Shown piece after piece: positions 11,696 through 20,300 of a stretch of DNA of 64,000 nucleotides (the stretch's first letter is position 1; every line of letters begins with the position of its first letter). The stretch is from an uncultured Desulfobacter sp. (GTDB taxonomy: Bacteria; Desulfobacterota; Desulfobacteria; Desulfobacterales; Desulfobacteraceae), in the NCBI GenBank assembly GCA_963665095.1, contig OY762069.1, forward strand, positions 3,776,001 to 3,840,000. The letters run 5' to 3'. The notes under the pieces were generated by a model. The model searched no databases, had not been told where the DNA came from, and was given only the letters and a program-made list of their open reading frames with translations. The translations under genes and the position numbers were made by a program.

Positions 11696-12975
11696 CCTCG
11701 GTAATAGACCAGGACCCGGGCAGCAACAATGTCATGGTCTACACCTACACCCACGATCCCCTGGACAACGTCACCCAAAAATCCACGGAACACGGAGACT
11801 ATAATTACGATTACGACACCCTCCAGCGCCTGACATCTGCCGACAACCCGGAAACCCGGACGGACGAGGCCTTTACCTACGACGCCGTAGGCAACCGCCT
11901 CACAGACGCCAAAAATACCGACACATGGACTTACAACCAAAACAACGAACTTGAAACCCACAGCAATACAAGTTATGAATACGATAACAACGGAAACACG
12001 GTCAAAAAGACAATCAACGGTGTAACCACCCTGTTCTTTTACAACCTGGAAGACCGCCTGGAGCGGGTAGAGGATGAATCCGGAAACATCATAACCAAAT
12101 ACGGCTACGATCCATTCGGCCGCAGGCTGTGGAAGGAGACCTCCGGCACCAAAACATACTTCATGTATGCCGACGAAGGCCTGATCGGGGAATACACAGC
12201 CACAGGCACAGAAATCAAAACCTACGGCTGGAAACCCGGATCTACCTGGGGCACAGACCCATTGTTCATGAAGATCGGAAGCCAATACTATTTTTACCAC
12301 AACGACCATCTTGGCACGCCCCAAAAAATGACCACTGTCAATGGATCTGTGGTTTGGTCAGCTACATACAGTTCGTTTGGAAAAGCTGAGGTTGATGCTG
12401 ATTCTACTGTTGAAAATAACTTTAGGTTCCCGGGACAGTATTTTGATGGGGAGACTGAGCTATATTATAATGGGTACAGATTGTACGATCCGGGGACTGG
12501 CCGGTATGTCTCGGCTGATCCTCTTAAGGTTAAAGGTGGAATTAACTTCTTTCTTTATTCTGAAAATAACCCAATTAAGCGAATTGACCCATATGGTTTA
12601 TTGTCATTTAAATGGCATGGGAATTGGGGCGGTCCTGGTTGGGCGGCAGGACAATATATTGCGGAGTCGGACCTTTCATATCAAGACTTTTTTCAAGTTC
12701 CAGCTCTGGATGAAAGAGATCGTTGTTATAGATATCATGATATGTGTATCTGGGCCGCTATCAAAAATAGCAAAAAAAATAACTGCTCTAACTCACAAGA
12801 CCTTAGCGATGCAATTGAAAGTTGCGACCATCGATTGGCTGATTGCCTTCGATATATAAGTCCGTTTAAACTATGCTTTTGGTATAGGCATGTTGGAGAT
12901 GATACATCAGGCCTTTTACCTGCTACGGTAGAAGCTGAACTGATTTTTGACGGTGTGGCACCAATTATTCATTAG
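11696..12975 (+). pseudogene. Rhs copy 1 3' segment: RHS core plus PLA2-like toxin tip
   Basis: DHLGTP, RFPGQYFD and DPYGL core motifs; the tip HGNWGGPG...DRCYRYHDMC is AT-rich. Confidence 0.88.
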
Positions 12976-13030
12976 CACGCTCAGAACATAATGGATTTAA
13001 CCTATTATAAAATCTTACTACAGGAGCTTA

Positions 13031-13369
13031 ATGAGTTTTAGCCATATTACTTTACTGTCATTTTTAATATTGGGCGGCCTATTATTTCTTATAGTATTTA
13101 TTTTTCGTAAAAATAATTATTTTAATTTAAGTTGGCCATTTGGAATAGCATTTTTTATTTTTGGAATAGGTTATCATTTTATTCTTTGGGATACTTATAT
13201 GATGCCTCAAGGCAAACTCGCCTTACTTATCCCAATAGGTTTGTCTTTACCGATTTCCATTTTAAGTTTTATGTTTAAACCTTTTGGCTTTTGTCCTTTT
13301 TTATGTTCGATGACTATTCTGGGAAGCCTTCAATATTACTATATTGGTTCTTTTTTCACTAAAAAGTGA
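13031..13369 (+). CDS. Putative membrane immunity protein 1
   Basis: Small, AT-rich, several hydrophobic segments, AGGAG RBS, directly after the toxin tip. Confidence 0.7.
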   Translation: MSFSHITLLSFLILGGLLFLIVFIFRKNNYFNLSWPFGIAFFIFGIGYHFILWDTYMMPQGKLALLIPIGLSLPISILSFMFKPFGFCPFLCSMTILGSLQYYYIGSFFTKK

Positions 13370-13375
13370 CGTTTA

Positions 13376-13440
13376 AGTCGAGGAGAAGCAGGCATTGAAT
13401 TATCAACTTTTTAAACCAAGCCCTGTATGATCTTTGAAAT
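13376..13440 (+). repeat. REP-like ~60-bp repeat, copy A (similar to 15617-15679)
   Basis: TTGAATTATCAxxTTTTAAxCCAAGCCCTGTATxxTCTTTGAA shared by both copies. Confidence 0.7.
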
Positions 13441-13589
13441 AGGGGTCCTGGGGTCACCCATTAAAGGCCGGGTCAAGAGAAAAAACACCTCCCCGTGAAA
13501 AAAATTCCTTTTTTTCTTGACCCTCGCACTATTTGTAATTTTTCAAAATCGACAGCTTTTTTCCCTGTCCGCGCCTGTTATTTCGTCGT

Positions 13590-13871
13590 GTGGTTCACGG
13601 AAATGATCCGCACCAGTCACCCATCAGGTTCAAGGCAGATGTGTACCAGGCAAAATGCGTGGTACACGGCCCCTGGTCCGTTCGGACCCCAGAAAATCTT
13701 CAGTGCCGTACCGTGGCTAATTGTTTGTTTTCAAATCTTATGGTTGTTAACCAACCCCTTACAGGCTCACGGCACAGGCGAATCAGGATATAAAAAACTG
13801 TGTGGCTGCAGCAGTTGCCAATCAAACCTAATGGTTCATACCAACCCCTGAAATGGTTCGCTGCTGCAGCC
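13590..13871 (-). ncRNA. Putative IS110 bridge/seekRNA with two target-binding loops and one donor-binding loop
   Basis: Stem-enclosed loops contain guides matching the reconstructed target (GGGGT / TCAAACCT) and the donor junction (TCACCCAT); boundaries are approximate. Confidence 0.75.
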
Positions 13872-13876
13872 TTAAT

Positions 13877-14893
13877 TTACCGGCAAAAAAGACCTACCTC
13901 ATCAAAGGGGATCTGATCCCGCATGATATAGTAGGATGCACGGCAAATTTTGTTGCTCAACGCTTTGGTGGCTACAATCCCGTTTCGTTTGGCATTTTTG
14001 CGCTGGAAAAATTTTCTTGCTTCCGGGCAATACCTTTTTGCAAAATTTGCAGCTTCTACATATGCCCAGGCAAGATACTTGTTTCCGTTTTTTGTATTAT
14101 TTCTTCCTTTCTTCTTCCCATTGGATATTTTTTCACTTTTAACACAACGGCAATAGGAAGAATAGCATCCTACCTTGGCAAACCGTTTGATCTCGCCAAC
14201 CTCAAGCATGATAGTCAGTGCCAGAATATTGCCGACACCCGGTATTGTTTTAAGCATTTCAAAGGCTTTTTTCATTTTAACCTGGGAAAGCGCCTGTCGT
14301 TCAATCGCTTTGATGGAATTACTCAGGTCCTTGATGGTCCTGATCTGAAGTGCTGCCATGAACCCCTGATTTGAATCAAACATTTGATGAACCTCAGGTT
14401 CCTTCAATTTTTTGATCGCATTACCTGACATTTTTATGCCAAGTTGCCTTGTTACCATGCTTTGTAAACTCAAAATTTGAGTTGTTCTTTGCTGCACAAA
14501 CAAAAGTCTTCGGCGTAAAATATCCCGGACAGCTCTTTCTTCCCGAGGATAAATGTAGCCTTCCGGCAGAATGTTTAACCGCCTCATGTGTGCGAGCCAG
14601 AAGGAGTCCCACTTGTCGTCGGTATACTTGAGCCCTTCGTACTGTTGAATGGCTGACGGGTTGGCCAGATGAACTCTATAGCCGTTTTCCTCAAGGCCAT
14701 CAACCAGCCAGTACCAGTTGTAGGTTGATTCTACCACGATACCTTCCAGATTTTGTCTGAACGGTTCCAGAATTTGAAGTACATCCGGCAAATTATTGTC
14801 AAGCCGTTTTCCAAATAACCGTTTGTCATTTTCATCAATGATTCCTACGTAATTATTGCTTGAATGCAAATCAATTCCAGCGTAGAGTTTCAT
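13877..14893 (-). CDS. IS110 family DEDD recombinase/transposase
   Basis: YAGIDLH, VVESTYNW, KYTDDKWDS, TIPGVG and SNGKKKG motifs; GGAGG RBS. Confidence 0.95.
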   Translation of the reverse strand: MKLYAGIDLHSSNNYVGIIDENDKRLFGKRLDNNLPDVLQILEPFRQNLEGIVVESTYNWYWLVDGLEENGYRVHLANPSAIQQYEGLKYTDDKWDSFWLAHMRRLNILPEGYIYPREERAVRDILRRRLLFVQQRTTQILSLQSMVTRQLGIKMSGNAIKKLKEPEVHQMFDSNQGFMAALQIRTIKDLSNSIKAIERQALSQVKMKKAFEMLKTIPGVGNILALTIMLEVGEIKRFAKVGCYSSYCRCVKSEKISNGKKKGRNNTKNGNKYLAWAYVEAANFAKRYCPEARKFFQRKNAKRNGIVATKALSNKICRASYYIMRDQIPFDEVGLFCR

Positions 14894-15134
14894 TTGGCAC
14901 CTCCTAAATCCAAAGTGTTCTTGTTGAACTGGTACTATAGCAATCGTTGCTATAGTTAGGGAGGTGTCACTTTTTTTTCTAATTTGCGAGGACCTGCCAT
15001 CATACGATTCTATGAAAAATATCTGTGATGACAGGTAGCTTTCGTTCCTGCTTTCGCCTGGCCTTTATATGATTATCAAACCTTGATTATTGATTACGCA
15101 AGATAAGTGTTACTGGCCAAAATCCTGTCATGCT

Positions 15135-15460
15135 TTTGTTGAAAATAACTTTAAGTTCCCAGGACAGTATTGGGATGCGGAAATTGGACTGCATTATAAT
15201 TTTTATCGTTATTATGATTCTGGGATGGGGAGATATCTGACACCTGATCCTCTTGGGTTAGCTGGAGGGGGGAATACTTATATTTATGTGGAAAATAATT
15301 CTATAAATTGGATTGATCCTTTTGGCTTATATCAAAGCTTAGGAGGCGGATTTGGCTTACTGCAGGCATTATAGCAGTGTCATACTCGGTTAATACTGAT
15401 ACTTGTTGTGATGAACAAGGGAATAAACATGTACGTACAATTCAAACTATTTCATTTGGA
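15135..15460 (+). pseudogene. Orphan RHS core fragment with frameshifted, truncated tip
   Basis: ENNFKFPGQYWDAEIGLHYNFYRYYD...DPFGL. Confidence 0.8.
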
Positions 15461-15617
15461 TCTCCAAGGGGGACCAGGACATTGTAATCACGGGCCGGGC
15501 CATTGACCGGGCCACGGAAGAGCCCCTGGCTGATGCGGCGTTAAACCTGTTTATCACGGTCAGCGGTTTTGAGCGCAAAATCTCCGTGATGACCGGATCG
15601 AACGGCACCTTTACCCA
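15460..15617 (+). pseudogene. Fragment of the giant Rhs protein Ig-like region
   Basis: Nearly identical to ~3705-3860 (SKGDQDIVITGRAIDRATEEP...). Confidence 0.85.
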
Positions 15618-15679
15618 AGCCGAGGGGTCAGGTCTTGAATTATCAGTTTTTAAGCCAAGCCCTGTATAGTCTTTGAATT
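15617..15679 (+). repeat. REP-like repeat, copy B, beginning GGGGTCAGGTCTTGAATTATCA
   Basis: Similar to 13376-13440 and to the reconstructed IS110 target GGGGTCAAACCTTGATTATTGA. Confidence 0.7.
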
Positions 15680-15750
15680 AAACTCTATAAGGGGACACCG
15701 CTCTGGAACAAAAAACAGCTTCCCGGGAGGGGAAGGTGCATCGGACCAAT

Positions 15751-15862
15751 CCGGGACAGTATTTTGATAATGAAACCGGCCTGCACTACAATTGGCACCG
15801 GCATTATGATCCTGATACCGGTCGGTACCTAACACCAGACCCTATTGGGTTTGAAGGCGGGG
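15751..15862 (+). pseudogene. Second orphan RHS core fragment
   Basis: Translates [37 protein letters not shown]. Confidence 0.8.
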
Positions 15863-16310
15863 GAAACAAGTAGCACAACGCTGGACATTGAAAGTTGGTA
15901 TTGGCAAAATGCTTTATATCCGGATAAAACTACCTGTGTTCACGGCACAATAATAGGTCGGGGGGGAGTGGGGTGTTTAACTTGCCAAGAAGAAGCCCCA
16001 AAAAGAAGGATAGAAGAACAAGAAGCCTTTATGGAACGGGCTAAAAAATTAGCAAAGCCGCTAAATGATACCCAAGTTCGGTATCTTAGAGCTTTGGACG
16101 TCAGACCGGAATGCTTTTTTGTGCCGTAATGGTCCGTGCAGCCATCGAATAAATTATCAAAGAACCATAAAATTGAGTGCGGAATGTACAACAGATCATA
16201 AGATTTTGCCTTTTTTCAGGCCCTTTCCCCAATTAATATGATCTTTTGGAGAAGGATATTGTGTCAAAATGATAAAAGCCTTGATCCACCTTTCCGATCG
16301 CACGGCAATT

Positions 16311-16550
16311 TCAATTTTCGATAGATTTCATTAATTCAGGGACCGTTTTAGCGGATAGAATTTTTCCCTTCAAAGCCTTCAAGAGGTTGATATCCTGGAT
16401 GGTTTTAATCTTTGTTATAATTGTTTTACAGTCATCACTGTCACCAAACTTGATGCTGACAGCCAACTCAATGCTTTCCTGGGCCAATTCAAGTCCCTGT
16501 TCAAGTCCTTGAGCATGTCCTTCTTTCCTTAATTTTTCAGCCAATGTCAT
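16311..16550 (-). CDS. Putative intragenic small protein (RpnS-like antitoxin), in frame with Rpn
   Basis: AGGAGG-7nt-ATG (MTLAEKLRKEG...) inside the rpn gene. Confidence 0.65.
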   Translation of the reverse strand: MTLAEKLRKEGHAQGLEQGLELAQESIELAVSIKFGDSDDCKTIITKIKTIQDINLLKALKGKILSAKTVPELMKSIEN

Positions 16551-17294
16551 GATGATACCTCCTTTTTCCTCAGACAACGTATTTGACACGATGGTGTGGA
16601 TTTTTTCTGTTGTAATATCCTCAACGTTGCTGAATAAATATTTTATCAGGGATTCAAAATATTGCAATCCTGTTTCCTGTTCGGACAGGTCCTTTAACAG
16701 CGCAAAAATATTTGGCAATTTGTCTTCGATGTCCGGGTCAAATATATGTTTGAACAGCAGCAGGACAACTCTTGCCGTAATTGTTCCCTTGATCTGATCA
16801 TCAGTATATCTGGATAAATCATACAGAATAAACTCAAAATTCGGGATGTAATCTGCAAGCTTGTTAACCGGTCCGTCAAAGAGCGAAGTAAAATGTTTAT
16901 CCACTGTCCATTTATCCTTGCCGTGATATAGAACCAGAGGGATTACAATGGGCAGTTTCCTGCTTCTGGATTGTTTGAACCCAAGCCGCCAAATTTTAAC
17001 CATATACTCAACAAGCTGGAGATGGATCACACTGTCCGAATAGCTTTTATGCTCAAAAAGAAAGTATACAAACCCTGTGGCATCTCCGATCCTGACTTTG
17101 TAAAGCATGTCTGAATAATAATCTTTCAGGTCCTTTTCAATAAAGGAGTCTTTGCATATTTCAAGGGTATCCAGCCGAACAAGTTCAATGACTGATGGCG
17201 GCAGGTAATTTTCCAGGAAGGATCTGGCATTGCGCAGGTTGCTCCAGGTTTCCCGGAACAGCTTGTCATGGGAATGGTACAGTTTGTTTTCCAT
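16311..17294 (-). CDS. Rpn/YhgA-like PD-(D/E)XK nuclease
   Basis: HDKLF, SDMLY, LFEHKS and IPLVLYHG motifs; C-terminal EG..QGLEQG. Confidence 0.9.
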   Translation of the reverse strand: MENKLYHSHDKLFRETWSNLRNARSFLENYLPPSVIELVRLDTLEICKDSFIEKDLKDYYSDMLYKVRIGDATGFVYFLFEHKSYSDSVIHLQLVEYMVKIWRLGFKQSRSRKLPIVIPLVLYHGKDKWTVDKHFTSLFDGPVNKLADYIPNFEFILYDLSRYTDDQIKGTITARVVLLLFKHIFDPDIEDKLPNIFALLKDLSEQETGLQYFESLIKYLFSNVEDITTEKIHTIVSNTLSEEKGGIIMTLAEKLRKEGHAQGLEQGLELAQESIELAVSIKFGDSDDCKTIITKIKTIQDINLLKALKGKILSAKTVPELMKSIEN

Positions 17295-17350
17295 ATCGGC
17301 TTTGTATCATGGGGCCTTGTGGGCTGCAAGATTTTATCCCGTATCAGGTT

Positions 17351-20300
17351 TTGTAATCATGGGCCGGGCCATTGACCGGGCCACGGAAGAGCCCCTGGCA
17401 GACGCGGCGTTGAACCTGTTTATCACAGTCAGCGGTTTTGAGCGCAAAATCTCCGTGATGACCGGATCGGACGGCACCTTTACCCACACCTTTGAACCCC
17501 TTGAGAATGAAGCCGGCATTTTTTATGTGCATGCGGTCCATCCGGATCTTCTTGACCGGCCAAACCAGGGCAGCTTTATCATCAACAAGGTCCAGGTTAC
17601 CCCGTCCAAGATCCAGGTATCCGTACCAAGGAACTACGAGCAGAAGATCAGCCTCAAGGTGGTTACAGAAACAGGTACGGACCTGACCAACCTGACCGTG
17701 GCCCCGGGTGCAGAACTTCCCGCAGGTGTCCATCTGGACTGTGGTGACCCCATTGCCCTTGTACAGGGCGGCAGGACCGTAACCTTAAGCCCGGTTCTCT
17801 GGGCAGACAACAATGCCGAAGATGCCTCCCGGTTTGAACTGACAGTTACCAGCGACGAGTCAGCCGGCACACCATGGGCCACCATCCTTTTGGATGCCCT
17901 TTATTCTCAAAGCGAGCCGGCTCTCTACTTTACCCCGGACCATATAGAAACCGGCGTAGCCCAGGGCGACATGGTCACAGAGACCATCACCCTGAGCAAC
18001 AAGGGGCTTGCTACAATGACCGGCGTGGCCCTGACCCTGACCGACTCGCAGGGCAACGCCGCCCCGGACTGGGTACGGCTTAACACCCCGTCAGACATCG
18101 GCACTCTGGCCGTGGGGGACGAACGCAACGTCTCCATCAGCTTTCTTCCCGGGACTAACGAGCCCCAGGGCATGCAGATATTCTACCTGGCCATCACCAG
18201 CGACAACTATCCCGGGACAAAAATCGGCCTGTACCCCACCATCTCAAGTTCCGGCATCGGCAGTGTCCTGTTCAAGCTGTCCGATATCTACACAGGCACC
18301 TTCAATGCCAAAAACGAACTGATCCGGGGTCTTGGCAATGCCAGAATCCGGATGCAGAACGAAGCCACATTAGCCGACCACACAGCCACCACAGACGACC
18401 TGGGCGAATCCCTGTTCGAGGATCTGCCCTCAGGGGCATACAAATGCAAAATCACCGCAGACAACCACCAGGAGTACACCGGCCGTGTCTGGGTCAAGCC
18501 CGGCATTACCGTGGCAAAGGAGGTGTTCCTGGAGTACAACCTGATCACTGTGGAATGGGAGGTCAACGAGATCACCATTGAAGATAAATACGAAATCCTG
18601 CTCTCAGCCACATTTGAGACCGATGTCCCTGCTGCCGTGGTCGTAGCGGAACCCTTGTCCGTGACCCTGCCGGACATGGAAAAAGGCGATGTCTACCTGG
18701 GCGAGTTCACCTTAACCAACCACGGCCTGATCCGGGCGGACGACCTTGACATCCCCGTGCCTGACAGCGACGACAACTTCCAGTACGAGATCCTCACCGG
18801 CATCCCGGACTCCCTGGAAGCCAAGCAGCGGCTCACCATCCCCTACCGCATCACCTGCCTTAACTCCCTGGAAGCTGACGAGGAAGACCAGACCGGCGGG
18901 GGCTGCTACACCTACCAGAAGTGCATCCCCATATCTTACGGGTATGAGTGCGCCAACGGCCGGAACACCAGCGGTGCCACCCGGCACTGTTTTTACAAGA
19001 GCGGCGGCACATGCGGCTCCGGCAGTTCCGGCGGCAGCACCAGCGGCGGGGGCTCTTCCGGCTACTATTACTCAGGGGACGGCGGAGCCTCATCTTCATC
19101 CTCAGCCCCGTCCTATACCCCCATGGAAACAGACGAACAAAAATGCCTGCCCTCACCAGACCCCAAAGAACCCGAGTGCGACAAATGCAAGGCCACCAGC
19201 CAGAACCAGAGCATCACCGTAGGCAGTGAAGTGAACACCCTTATGAGAGAATACAGGGACGAAGCCACGGACCTGGCCGTTAAAACAGCCGGGGGCATGC
19301 TCTCCATCACCCGGCGGTACCGGTCCGGCACCTGGCAGTGGGATGACCTGAAGCAAATGGTTGACGGCCGTCCCGATGCCACCTCCCCGTACACCCCTTC
19401 CGCCTATGGCCCGGATTATGTAACCCGGGGGGATGTGCCCTATGCAAAAACCGCCTCAGGCATATACAAAAACGAGACATTCACCATAGAGCGCAAAACC
19501 GATACAGATCAATACCAGGCAGACAAGTACACGTTCAAAGACAAGCACGGCAACTGGATCATCTACGACGCTTCGGGCCGGCCCATGTCATACGGCAGCC
19601 GCACCGGCACCACAGCCACATACCTGTATAACAGCCAAAGCGATACCCGGCCGTACGGCCTTGAGGACCGGTACGGTTCCCTGGTGTTCTCGTTTGATTT
19701 TGACGGAGACGGCAACCTGATCCGGGTCTATGATGCCGATGCCAGGGAGGTGCGCTACGATTACACTGACGGCCGGCTCACCCGGGTCACGGATGTACTT
19801 GGCCATGAAACCTCTTACGAATACAGCAACGGCAACCTGATCAAAATAATAAACGCCCTGGGCCATGAACTCCAAATTACCTACAACTCTTCCAATGATC
19901 CCGTCAGGGTCACCAATCCCGGCGGCGGGGCCTACACCTTTGAATACGACTATGACAAGAACAAAAAGCAGTACTATGCCATGGTCAAAACCCCGGGAGG
20001 CACAGTCAGGGAGATGTGGTACTCTGCCGACAGCGACACCATCCGGGTGGACATAAACGGAGAGACCATCCAAAAGGTTGATGTGGACAGCAGGACCCAC
20101 ATCATCACAGACAGAGCCGGCAACCAAACAATCAAAACCTATGATGAAAACGACAACCTTAAATCCGTTACCTATCCTGACGGTACAAAGGTGCTGTACC
20201 AGTACGACCTGTCCCTGAACAAGCCGGTGCAAAAGCAGGACCGGCGCAACAGCATCACCACCTATGAGTACGATAATGCCGGCAACCTGATCCAAAAGGT

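Larger units (their letters stand above)
13454..15078 (-). mobile_element. IS110-family (IS1111-type) insertion sequence
   Basis: Sub-terminal IRs TAAAGGCCGGG (13462-13472) and CCTGGCCTTTA (15057-15067). Core TCA at both junctions (13454-13456, 15076-15078). Long non-coding region downstream of the transposase. Confidence 0.88.

Noticed and set aside
13495..13851. Plus-strand ORFs in the IS110 downstream end
   Set aside because: No protein features; the region is better explained as structured guide RNA
13700..13871. Tandem ATGGTT..ACCAACCCCT units as a mini CRISPR array
   Set aside because: Only two units, each enclosed in a stem, no cas genes; the variable parts match IS target sites
17230..17350. 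Called N-terminus of the 1972-aa ORF
   Set aside because: Overlaps the rpn gene antisense and has no homology to the other copies; open by chance
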